Shown here in pieces: positions 9,082 to 19,536 of a stretch of 38,652 bases of DNA (position 1 is its first letter; each line of letters starts with the position of its first letter). The DNA lies in assembly GCA_964441535.1 (NCBI GenBank), contig CAYTXQ010000001.1, forward strand, positions 1-38,652. The letters are read 5' to 3'. Origin of the DNA: an uncultured Muribaculaceae bacterium (GTDB lineage Bacteria > Bacillota_I > Bacilli_A > RF39 > UBA660). The translations under genes were made by a program, and so were the position numbers. The notes beneath the pieces are model-generated. The model searched no databases and was not told where the DNA came from. It saw nothing but the letters and a program-made list of their open reading frames with translations.

Positions 9082-9216
9082 ATGCAAATTAAGACAGGAT
9101 ACATTTATCATATTAAAGAAAGTTTTTTTGATAAAGTTAAAGATAAGGGATTAATGACAAATCATGAAGCCGGTCACTTTAGACCAACATATTTTACAAT
9201 TAAGTACGTGATATAA
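9082..9216 (+). pseudogene. truncated (44-codon) ToxN/AbiQ/CptN-like type III toxin N-terminus
   Basis: SD TAGGAG (9068-9073), ATG at 9082. The product is MQIKTGYIYHIKESFFDKVKDKGLMTNHEAGHFRPTYFTIKYVI*. The G-[FY]-Y..(8-10)F.DK......N....RP.Y pattern resembles N-termini of type III endoribonuclease toxins from memory. It stops at TAA 9214-9216, far short of the roughly 155-190 aa usual for such toxins. Confidence 0.5.
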
Positions 9217-9669
9217 ATGACAGAAATTATAAAAGAAGAATACTTTAAACAAAATTACCAGAATCCAAGTTATATATTTCATGGTTCTAAACAATTATTA
9301 GAAGTTCTTAATCCAAATTTAGCCCACGATGAAAATGGAAATAAAATGAATATTCAGAATGCAATATATGGAAGTTCAGTATTTATTGGAGCAATACCTT
9401 ATGCTATAAAAGGTAGAGGTAAATATGATTGTTCAATTGGTTATAATATTGATGATTTAACGATGAAAATCACTAGAGGAATAGTACCAGAAGATGATTT
9501 TGGATATATTTATGTATGTGATGCCAGATGTTTTTCTCAATGTGAAGATACTTGTCAATATGTTTCCTACGAAAGTATTAAACCTTTAGAAATAATAAAG
9601 ATATATTATAAGGATTTTAAGGATTGTTTTCTGTATATAGACGAAAATAAAAGTGAAAAAAGATTTTAA
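9217..9669 (+). CDS. hypothetical 150-aa protein (no family recognised), in frame with the preceding toxin-like fragment
   Basis: The ATG at 9217 directly abuts the TAA of the upstream fragment in the same reading frame, and no SD is visible. The sequence contains YIFHGSKQLLEVLNP, AIYGSSVFIGAIPYA and several Cys (CDARCFSQCEDTC). Confidence 0.5.
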   Translation: MTEIIKEEYFKQNYQNPSYIFHGSKQLLEVLNPNLAHDENGNKMNIQNAIYGSSVFIGAIPYAIKGRGKYDCSIGYNIDDLTMKITRGIVPEDDFGYIYVCDARCFSQCEDTCQYVSYESIKPLEIIKIYYKDFKDCFLYIDENKSEKRF

Positions 9670-9674
9670 AAATA

Positions 9675-9702
9675 AAAACTTGGTATTAAAATATCAAGTT
9701 TT
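9675..9702 (+). terminator. intrinsic terminator
   Basis: AAAACTTGGTAT (9675-9686) pairs with ATATCAAGTTTT (9691-9702) with one G.U and a 4-nt loop. Confidence 0.55.
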
Positions 9703-9761
9703 ATTAATATAGTATAAATAGGTGATATTTTAAAAAATATTTAATAAATAAAGGAGTTTTA

Positions 9762-9790
9762 TTGACAAAATAGTCAAAAACATTTATTAT
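9762..9790 (+). promoter_or_regulatory. promoter candidate of the flp/tad operon
   Basis: TTGACA (9762-9767), 17 nt spacer, TATTAT (9785-9790). The -35 is part of the inverted repeat TTGAC-aaaata-GTCAA. Confidence 0.55.
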
Positions 9791-9811
9791 TAATAATAGA
9801 GGTGGTTATAT

Positions 9812-10027
9812 ATGTTGAACCAAAAAGGACAAGCGTTGGTTGAATATGTTTTGATTATAGCAATTATAAGTGTTATTGCTATTGCTTTAGTAAATTATTT
9901 TGGAGGATATTTAAAAGATAGTATAACAAAGACTTCTTGTTCTTTAGTTGATGAAGTATATGTTGGATATCCAGATGCTCCTAGAGGAGAGGCTAAATGC
10001 GTTCCTGAAGGATCAATTTCACAATAA
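9812..10027 (+). CDS. flp: Flp family type IVb pilin
   Basis: 71 aa. It has the class III signal-peptide / Flp motif MLNQKG|QALVEYVLIIAIISVIAIAL (G-xxxxEY). The SD is GAGGTGG. Confidence 0.8.
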   Translation: MLNQKGQALVEYVLIIAIISVIAIALVNYFGGYLKDSITKTSCSLVDEVYVGYPDAPRGEAKCVPEGSISQ

Positions 10028-10055
10028 CATTATTCATAACCATAGGGGTGATATA

Positions 10056-10412
10056 GTGAGGAATAAAAAGGGACAGGCATTAATTGAATTTATACTTATA
10101 TTACCTGTATTTTTAATGTTAGTTTTATGTGCAATAGATTTTGGTAAAATTATATATACACAGAATACATTAGAAAATATAGTAGGGGATATAGTTACAT
10201 TACATAAAGAAAATAAAACTTATGATGAGATTAATACTATTTTAAAAAAATATGATAAAAAGGCTTCATTGGAATTAGTTAATGATAATAATGAATATGT
10301 AAAAATAATATTAACTAAAAAAGTAGATTTAAATGCTCCTGGAATAAATTTAATTATAAATGATCCATATACAGTTAAAGTTAGTAGGGTAATTTATTAT
10401 GAAGAACAATAG
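10056..10412 (+). CDS. TadE-like pseudopilin
   Basis: Start moved to the GTG at 10056 after AGGGGTGA. The N-terminus VRNKKGQALIEFILILPVFLMLVLCAIDFGKIIY matches the TadE N-terminal motif. The tracked extension 9948-10055 overlaps flp and is discarded. Confidence 0.7.
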   Translation: MRNKKGQALIEFILILPVFLMLVLCAIDFGKIIYTQNTLENIVGDIVTLHKENKTYDEINTILKKYDKKASLELVNDNNEYVKIILTKKVDLNAPGINLIINDPYTVKVSRVIYYEEQ

Positions 10413-10782
10413 AGGACAGGCATTAATATTATTTGTTTTATTTATACCATTACTATGTTTTATCTCTGCTTTCGTTATTGATTCAGGATTAATGATAAAA
10501 AATAAGATAAAATTAGATGATACTACTAAGATAATTATTAAAGAAGTATTTGATAATAAAGAAAATTCTGAAGATATAGCCAGAAATTTATATAAAGAAA
10601 ATAATTTCAGTACTGAAAAATTTAAATATAAAATTGATGGTAATATTTTGTATATTGAAAATGAAATAACAGTAGAAAGTATATTTGGAGGGGTTATCGG
10701 GTTACAGGATTACAATATTAAATCTAAATATAAAGCTTATTTAGATGGGGATGTATTAATTATAGAAAAGAATAAAGAATAG
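10399..10782 (+). CDS. TadE/TadG-like pseudopilin
   Basis: MKNNRGQALILFVLFIPLLCFISAFVIDSGLMI has the same G|QAL prepilin-like N-terminus. It overlaps the previous gene by 14 nt. Confidence 0.6.
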   Translation: MKNNRGQALILFVLFIPLLCFISAFVIDSGLMIKNKIKLDDTTKIIIKEVFDNKENSEDIARNLYKENNFSTEKFKYKIDGNILYIENEITVESIFGGVIGLQDYNIKSKYKAYLDGDVLIIEKNKE

Positions 10783-10793
10783 AGGGAATATTA

Positions 10794-11564
10794 GTGGCTG
10801 GTGGAAGAGGAAAAACATTATGTTTATTTTCTGCTAAAGGTGGAGTAGGAAAAACTGTAACTGCATTAAATTTAGCAGGTGTTTTTGAGTCACTTAAAAA
10901 GCGAGTATTATTAGTAGATTTAGCTTTATATGGCGGTGGAATAAATGTTGCACTAAATGTAGTGTCAGAAAAAAGTATATATCATTTAGCAGATGACTTA
11001 AATAATAATAGATATAAAGATTTTAATTCTTATATTACTAAATATGATGAATTCATAGATATACTAAGTGCTCCTAAAGATCCTAGAATGGCTAATAAGA
11101 TAGATTCAAAATATGTAGATTTAATATTAGATAGAGCAGAAGCTATATATGATATTATTTTAATAGATACCAACCATGTATTAAATGAAATTAATTTAGT
11201 GGCTTTAGATAGAGTAGATTCAATTCTATTTGTAATTACAAATGATCCTTTTGATTTAAAGAATATGAAATCTATAATAAGTATATTCAAGGATTTAGAT
11301 ATAAATAAATTTAAGATACTATTAAATAACAGTGAAGATCCATATAAGAATTATTTTTCTTCATATGATTTAAAACAATTATTAAAATCTAATATAGATT
11401 ATGTATTAAGTAGTAATATGCATATAAAAAATATGGATAATTATATTATGAATGGCAAGATAGTTTCTTTAGATAAAAAGATTGCTTTTCTATGTAATAA
11501 AGATTATAAAGTGCTTGTAAAAATAGCCAAGGATAATTTAGATAAAGAAGGTGATGCAAGATGA
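10794..11564 (+). CDS. CpaE/TadZ-like ParA/MinD-family ATPase of Tad pili
   Basis: GTG start. It has the deviant Walker A LFSAKGGVGKTVTALNLA and sits immediately upstream of the CpaF-type ATPase. Confidence 0.75.
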   Translation: MAGGRGKTLCLFSAKGGVGKTVTALNLAGVFESLKKRVLLVDLALYGGGINVALNVVSEKSIYHLADDLNNNRYKDFNSYITKYDEFIDILSAPKDPRMANKIDSKYVDLILDRAEAIYDIILIDTNHVLNEINLVALDRVDSILFVITNDPFDLKNMKSIISIFKDLDINKFKILLNNSEDPYKNYFSSYDLKQLLKSNIDYVLSSNMHIKNMDNYIMNGKIVSLDKKIAFLCNKDYKVLVKIAKDNLDKEGDAR

Positions 11565-12889
11565 GTAAAACATCATTACTTAAGTCTTTTAATGTAGAAG
11601 AAAGAAAAACTAGAGTAACTTCAGTTACTGACTATGAAATATTTAAAGATAAGGCTTTACTTGATAGTTTAAGAAATAAAATTATAGAAAATCTTATTGA
11701 TAAAGAAATACCAAAAGATGTAATATTAAATGAATTTATTAATAATGAAATAGATAATGCAATTGAAGGATATGATTTAAGTAATTTAGAGAGAAGTTTC
11801 ATATTTAATTTAATTGATGATGAAATAAATGGTTATGGCCCTATTACTGAACTATTAGAAGATAAAAACATCACTGAAATAATGGTAAATGGTCCAGATG
11901 AAGTATATATTGAAATAGATGGGGCTTTAGTAAAAGATGATAGTGTATCTTTTATTAATGATGAACATATAGTTAGAACTATTCAAAGATTAATACAACC
12001 TTTAGGAAGAACTATAGATGCTACTAATCCAATGGTAGATTCAAGACTAGCCGATGGTTCAAGAATAAATGCTGTTATTCCTCCGTTATCTGTAAGAGGT
12101 CCAGTTATTACTATAAGAAAGTTTAAGAAAAGTATGACAACTGTAGATGATTTAATTCGTATAGGATCTTTAACTGCAGATATGGCTAGATTCCTAGAGG
12201 CTGCTGTTGTAAGTAAATTAAATATTATAGTATGCGGTGGTACTGGTAGTGGTAAAACAACTCTTTTAAATATATTAAGTAATTTTATTAAAGATAATGA
12301 ACGTGTTATTACTATAGAAGATGCAGCAGAATTAAGATTAAATCTTGCTCATGTTATTTCTCTAGAAACTAGAACAGTAAATTATGAAAGTGAAGGAGAA
12401 GTAACTATCAGAGATTTAGTAATAAATAGTTTACGTATGAGACCTGATAGAATTATAGTAGGAGAAGTTCGTGGTAAAGAGGCTTTTGATATGCTTCAGG
12501 CTATGAATACAGGTCATGATGGATCATTGACTACATTACATGCAAATAGTCCAAAAGATGCTTTAAATCGTCTTGAAACTATGGTTTTAATGAGTGGATT
12601 AGATATACCTGTTAAAGCAGTAAGAGAATATATAGATAATGCTATAGACTTAGTAGTAAATATAGATCGTATGAGTGATGGAAAAAGAAAAGTAACAAGT
12701 ATTTGTGAAGTTCAAAATATGGAGAATGATGAATTAATATTGAAAGATATATTTATATTTAATCAAAAAGGTCTTACTAATAACGGAGAAGTTGATGGAG
12801 AATATCGTATAATTAATAAAAAACCTAAGTGTATGGATAAGATAATTGCTAAGGGAATTATAGATATTAATGATATATTTTTAAAATAA
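11561..12889 (+). CDS. cpaF: CpaF/TadA family type IV pilus / secretion ATPase
   Basis: 442 aa. Motifs are Walker A GGTGSGKTT, the Asp box ITIEDAAEL, Walker B RPDRIIVGEVRG and the His box TGHDGSLTTLHAN. Confidence 0.92.
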   Translation: MSKTSLLKSFNVEERKTRVTSVTDYEIFKDKALLDSLRNKIIENLIDKEIPKDVILNEFINNEIDNAIEGYDLSNLERSFIFNLIDDEINGYGPITELLEDKNITEIMVNGPDEVYIEIDGALVKDDSVSFINDEHIVRTIQRLIQPLGRTIDATNPMVDSRLADGSRINAVIPPLSVRGPVITIRKFKKSMTTVDDLIRIGSLTADMARFLEAAVVSKLNIIVCGGTGSGKTTLLNILSNFIKDNERVITIEDAAELRLNLAHVISLETRTVNYESEGEVTIRDLVINSLRMRPDRIIVGEVRGKEAFDMLQAMNTGHDGSLTTLHANSPKDALNRLETMVLMSGLDIPVKAVREYIDNAIDLVVNIDRMSDGKRKVTSICEVQNMENDELILKDIFIFNQKGLTNNGEVDGEYRIINKKPKCMDKIIAKGIIDINDIFLK

Positions 12890-12908
12890 TTAGAAAGGGG
12901 ATAATATT

Positions 12909-13919
12909 ATGGTAAAAGAATTTATTTTAGATGCTTTTGTTCTACAAATAATATCTATATTTATTCTTTTAATTATTATATTTAAACTACTTAGAATTAC
13001 TAAATCTATTAAATATGAAAAAAGAATTGGTAAATATTCATTATCTCCTTTAAAAGAAATAGATAAATCTTTCTTTGATAAAGTAAATGAAATAATATGG
13101 AAATTTATAAAAAATATATCATCCGTTTTAAATAAATCAGCAGTATTTAAAAAATATGGTGATACTTTTGAAAAACATATAACATATGAAGATAAAACTC
13201 ATATAGAAGGTACTGATTATGTATCTATAAAATTTTTATGTGGCATTATACTTGTAATGCTTAATTTTATTACAATAATGTTTACATATAAAAGTATTAA
13301 TTCAATACTACTTTTATTTACTTTTATAATAGGTTTTTTTATTACAGATATTATATTATTTGTTAGATATAAAAATAAAAGAAAAAGAATAGAAGAAGAT
13401 TTACTTAAATCTATAATTATAATGAATAATGCATTTAAATCTGGAAGAAATATAGTACAGGCTATAGAAATTGTTAAAGATCAGTTAGATGGCCCTATAA
13501 GTGATGAATTTAAGAAAATTCTAATGGATATTACTTACGGATTAAGTCTAGAAGTAGTATTTGATAGATTTTATCATAGAGTAAAATTAGAAGATGCTAG
13601 ATATATTACATCATCTTTAACTTTATTAAATAAAACTGGTGGTAATATAGTAAGAGTTTTTGCTTCTATAGAAAAGTCTTTCTATAATAAAAAGAAACTT
13701 AGAGATGAATTAAAGAGTATGACCGCTTCTAGTACATTTGTATTTAGAGTATTAACTTTTTTACCTTTTGTTTTAGGATTAATTATATATATATTAAACC
13801 CTACATATTTTGTTCCTTTTATTAGTTCAACTTTAGGAGTTTTATTTTTACTATTATTAATATTTTTATTAGCTCTATATGTAATAGTAGTAAAAAGAGT
13901 AATGAGGGTTAGAATATGA
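12909..13919 (+). CDS. tadB: TadB-like type II secretion system F family platform protein
   Basis: Polytopic protein with a T2SSF-type cytoplasmic domain (LLKSIIIMNNAFKSGRNIVQAIEIV...ISDEFKKIL). Its position after cpaF supports the call. Confidence 0.75.
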   Translation: MVKEFILDAFVLQIISIFILLIIIFKLLRITKSIKYEKRIGKYSLSPLKEIDKSFFDKVNEIIWKFIKNISSVLNKSAVFKKYGDTFEKHITYEDKTHIEGTDYVSIKFLCGIILVMLNFITIMFTYKSINSILLLFTFIIGFFITDIILFVRYKNKRKRIEEDLLKSIIIMNNAFKSGRNIVQAIEIVKDQLDGPISDEFKKILMDITYGLSLEVVFDRFYHRVKLEDARYITSSLTLLNKTGGNIVRVFASIEKSFYNKKKLRDELKSMTASSTFVFRVLTFLPFVLGLIIYILNPTYFVPFISSTLGVLFLLLLIFLLALYVIVVKRVMRVRI

Positions 13920-14623
13920 AAAATGATAATAATAGATTAATTAAAAGAATATATACTAAAAAAACTATTAATAAAATGAATAAGAAAGAACGTTTACTTG
14001 GAATATATTATAACTATGATGTAATAGATTTATTAAACTACAGACTTCTAATAACTGCTTTTTTATTATTTATATTTTTAGTTACTAATGATTTAGGATA
14101 TATTTATGGTCCATTATCAGCAATATTATTCTATATCTTTAGTGAATATTTCTTTTTTGATTTTAGAATCAAAAGAAGAGAAAAAAGACTTAATAATGAA
14201 GCATTATTCTTCTTTGAAGTTTTAACATTAACTTTAGAAAGTGGAAGAAATTTAAAAAGAGCATTAGATCTTACAGTTCAAAATGTCTCTGGAGAAATAA
14301 GTGATGAATTTAAAAAAACATTATCAGATGTTAAATTAGGTAAAAGTTTAACTGAAGCATTGAAAGATATGAAACAAAGAATACCTAGCGATACAATTAA
14401 TACAGTAATATTAAATATTATTCAATCTAATGAATTTGGTAATAGTATTGTAGAATCTTTAAATAATCAAGTAGATTTTTTAAGAGAAAAAAAATTACAA
14501 GAAGTTAAAAGTCAAATAGGAAAATTACCTGTAAAAATAAGTGTAATATCAGTAATATTTTTTATTCCAATAATGTTATTAATGGTTTTAGTACCAGTAA
14601 TATTAACATATATTGTTTCATAA
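13916..14623 (+). CDS. tadC: TadC-like type II secretion system F family platform protein
   Basis: It has a T2SSF domain (FFFEVLTLTLESGRNLKRALDLTV...ISDEFKKTLSDVKLGKSLTEAL). It overlaps tadB by 4 nt. Confidence 0.75.
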   Translation: MKNDNNRLIKRIYTKKTINKMNKKERLLGIYYNYDVIDLLNYRLLITAFLLFIFLVTNDLGYIYGPLSAILFYIFSEYFFFDFRIKRREKRLNNEALFFFEVLTLTLESGRNLKRALDLTVQNVSGEISDEFKKTLSDVKLGKSLTEALKDMKQRIPSDTINTVILNIIQSNEFGNSIVESLNNQVDFLREKKLQEVKSQIGKLPVKISVISVIFFIPIMLLMVLVPVILTYIVS

Positions 14624-14625
14624 AA

Positions 14626-14654
14626 TTGTAAATTTCATCTATTTTTAGTATAAT
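14626..14654 (+). promoter_or_regulatory. promoter candidate
   Basis: TTGTAA (14626-14631), 17 nt spacer, TATAAT (14649-14654). Confidence 0.5.
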
Positions 14655-14677
14655 ATTCTTAGAAAAGAGGTAAATAA

Positions 14678-15001
14678 ATGAAATATTGCAGTAAATGTGG
14701 TAAAGAAATACAAGAAAGTACTACTTTTTGTCCTAATTGCGGAGCACAGATAGGAAATTATAATATTCAAGATAGAAAATCTAAACTTGTTGCAGGATTA
14801 CTTGCTATTTTTGTAGGTACTTTAGGAATACATAACTTTTATTTAGGATATACAAATAAAGGAGTTACTCAATTACTATTAACTTTATTATCTTGTGGTA
14901 TACTAAGTTTTGTAACATATATTTGGTCTTTAATAGAAGGAATATATATACTAATTGGAAAAATAGATACTGATGCTAAAGGAATAAAACTTACTGATTA
15001 A
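14678..15001 (+). CDS. zinc-ribbon plus TM2 domain membrane protein
   Basis: The N-terminus carries CSKCG...CPNCG. A TM2-like double-TM follows (GLLAIFVGTLGIHNFYLGYTNKGVTQLLL...). Confidence 0.75.
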   Translation: MKYCSKCGKEIQESTTFCPNCGAQIGNYNIQDRKSKLVAGLLAIFVGTLGIHNFYLGYTNKGVTQLLLTLLSCGILSFVTYIWSLIEGIYILIGKIDTDAKGIKLTD

Positions 15002-15372
15002 TGAAAAAAAGTAATAAGAAAATTATTAATGGATTATTTCTAACTATTTTAATTATGGGAATAATTCTTTTTATTTTTGATATTAAATTAGGATGTTTAT
15101 TTAAAAAATATTTACATATTCCATGTCCTGGATGTGGCCTAACAAGATCATTTAAAGCCATATTTAAATTAGATTTTATTAATGCATTTAAATATAATAT
15201 ATTAGGTATTCCTTTATTTATATCTATCTTATTATTCTTAATTACATACATAATAAGTTTTATATTTAAAAAAGATTATATAAATAAATTATTCAAATTT
15301 TATACTAAATATTCTTTAATTATTATTATATTTATCTTAATAAGTTGGATATACAATATAATTAAGTATTGA
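15001..15372 (+). CDS. DUF2752 domain membrane protein
   Basis: It has the HIPCPGCGLTRSF motif. The start overlaps the TM2 gene stop (TAATG). Confidence 0.7.
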   Translation: MKKSNKKIINGLFLTILIMGIILFIFDIKLGCLFKKYLHIPCPGCGLTRSFKAIFKLDFINAFKYNILGIPLFISILLFLITYIISFIFKKDYINKLFKFYTKYSLIIIIFILISWIYNIIKY

Positions 15373-15387
15373 AATAGTACAAATGTA

Positions 15388-15396
15388 TGCTATAAT
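15388..15396 (+). promoter_or_regulatory. extended -10 (TGcTATAAT) upstream of ruvA
   Basis: This is the same TGCTATAAT string as upstream of obg. It lies inside the discarded N-terminal extension of the tracked ORF. Confidence 0.4.
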
Positions 15397-15415
15397 TAAT
15401 TTAGGATGTGATAAT

Positions 15416-15970
15416 ATGTATAATTATATTAAAGGTATTATTATGGATTTAGAAAGTAATTATATAGTGCTAGATAATAATGGTATAGGGTATCAAATAT
15501 ATGTGGCCAATCCATATAGTTTTAAATTAAATGAAGAAGCAATAGTTTATATTTATAATCATTTAAGAGAAGATGAAAATAGTTTATATGGATTTAAAAC
15601 TAAAGAAGAAAAAGATTTATTTTTAAAACTGATTGAAGTAAAAGGTTTAGGTCCTAAAATGACTTTACCTATGTTAGCAACTGGCAGTGTAAGTGGTATA
15701 TTAGATGCTATCGAAAGAGAAAACATATTATATTTAACTAAGTTTCCTAAAATAGGAGAGAAAATTGCTAGACAAATAATATTAGATTTAAAAGGAAAAT
15801 TAGTAAATAAAGAGAGTGTTATTAAAACTACAGAATTTGAAGAACTAATTAGTGTTTTAGAAAGTTTAGGATATAAAAATAATGATATTAAAAGGATTAT
15901 AGCAAATGTTAATATAAATATAAGTATAGAAGAACAAGTAAAAGAAGCATTAAGATTATTAATGAAATAA
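15416..15970 (+). CDS. ruvA: Holliday junction DNA helicase subunit RuvA
   Basis: Start at the ATG at 15416 (MYNYIKGIIMDLESNYIVLDNNGIGYQIYV). HhH region: LIEVKGLGPKMTLPML. It is followed by ruvB. Confidence 0.9.
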   Translation: MYNYIKGIIMDLESNYIVLDNNGIGYQIYVANPYSFKLNEEAIVYIYNHLREDENSLYGFKTKEEKDLFLKLIEVKGLGPKMTLPMLATGSVSGILDAIERENILYLTKFPKIGEKIARQIILDLKGKLVNKESVIKTTEFEELISVLESLGYKNNDIKRIIANVNINISIEEQVKEALRLLMK

Positions 15971-15978
15971 GGTGAATT

Positions 15979-16977
15979 ATGGAAAATGTTTTAGATAAAA
16001 ATAAGTTGGAAGAAGATAATGATCTGAATATAAGACCTAAAACTTTAGATGAGTATGTAGGTCAGAATGAAATAAAAGAAAATATTAATGTATTTATTAA
16101 AGCAAGTAAGATGAGAGATGAAGTTTTGGATCATGTATTATTATATGGCCCTCCTGGATTAGGTAAAACTACACTTGCTCATATAATAGCAAATGAATTA
16201 GGAGCTAATATTAAAACTGCTAGTGGTCCTTCTATAGAAAAATCTGGAGATTTAGCAGCAGTTTTAAGTACTTTAGAACCAGGTGATGTATTATTTATTG
16301 ATGAAATACATAGAATTCCTAGATTTGTTGAAGAAATATTATATTCAGCTATGGAAGATTTTGTTTTAGATATAATAATAGGTACAGAATCATCTTCTAA
16401 GAGTATTAAAATAGATTTACCACCATTCACATTAGTTGGTGCTACAACTCGTGCAGGAGATCTTTCAAATCCATTAAGAGATAGATTTGGTATAGTATGT
16501 AAATTAGAGTACTATAATGAAGAAGAATTAAAACAAATTATTAAAAGAACTAGTAGAGTTTTAGAAGTAGATATTGATGATAAAGCATCTACTGAACTAG
16601 CTAAAAGAAGTAGAAGAACTCCTAGAGTAGCAAATAGGTTGTTTAAAAGAGTTAGAGACTTTGCAATAGTTGAAGGTAATGGATCAATTACTTATGATGT
16701 AGCTAAAAAATCTTTAAATAGATTAAAAGTAGATGAATACGGATTAGATGCAATAGATATAGAATATCTATATACATTAATTACTAAATTTAATGGTGGC
16801 CCTGTAGGTATAGATACTTTATCTTCTGCTATAGGAGAAGAATTAACTACAATAGAAGATGTGGTTGAACCATATTTATTACAAGAAGGTTTTATTAAAA
16901 GAACTTCTAGAGGTAGAGTAGCTACAGATAAGGCTCATAAACATTTAAAAATAGATGGGAATATTAGTTTATTTTAA
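15979..16977 (+). CDS. ruvB: Holliday junction DNA helicase RuvB
   Basis: [12 protein letters not shown], Walker [10 protein letters not shown], Walker B LFIDEIHR and sensor GATTRAG are all present. Confidence 0.95.
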   Translation: MENVLDKNKLEEDNDLNIRPKTLDEYVGQNEIKENINVFIKASKMRDEVLDHVLLYGPPGLGKTTLAHIIANELGANIKTASGPSIEKSGDLAAVLSTLEPGDVLFIDEIHRIPRFVEEILYSAMEDFVLDIIIGTESSSKSIKIDLPPFTLVGATTRAGDLSNPLRDRFGIVCKLEYYNEEELKQIIKRTSRVLEVDIDDKASTELAKRSRRTPRVANRLFKRVRDFAIVEGNGSITYDVAKKSLNRLKVDEYGLDAIDIEYLYTLITKFNGGPVGIDTLSSAIGEELTTIEDVVEPYLLQEGFIKRTSRGRVATDKAHKHLKIDGNISLF

Positions 16978-17040
16978 ATAATTAATAGACTTTTCTATCT
17001 TTTTTTTATATAATAATTTGGACGGAAAAGGGGAATGTTT

Positions 17041-19523
<2,483 letters not shown>

Positions 19524-19536
19524 AAGAAGGAGTAAT

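Noticed and set aside
9948-10055. Tracked N-terminal extension of the TadE-like ORF, overlapping the flp 3' end.
   Set aside because: The prepilin-like N-terminus (KKGQALIEF) must sit at the protein start. The GTG at 10056 has a good SD (AGGGGTGA), and the extension has none. The same logic was applied to the extensions at 2366, 3351, 7158, 15383, 17035, 18032, 19495, 20672, 21569 (inside the T-box), 28299, 32783 and 35745.
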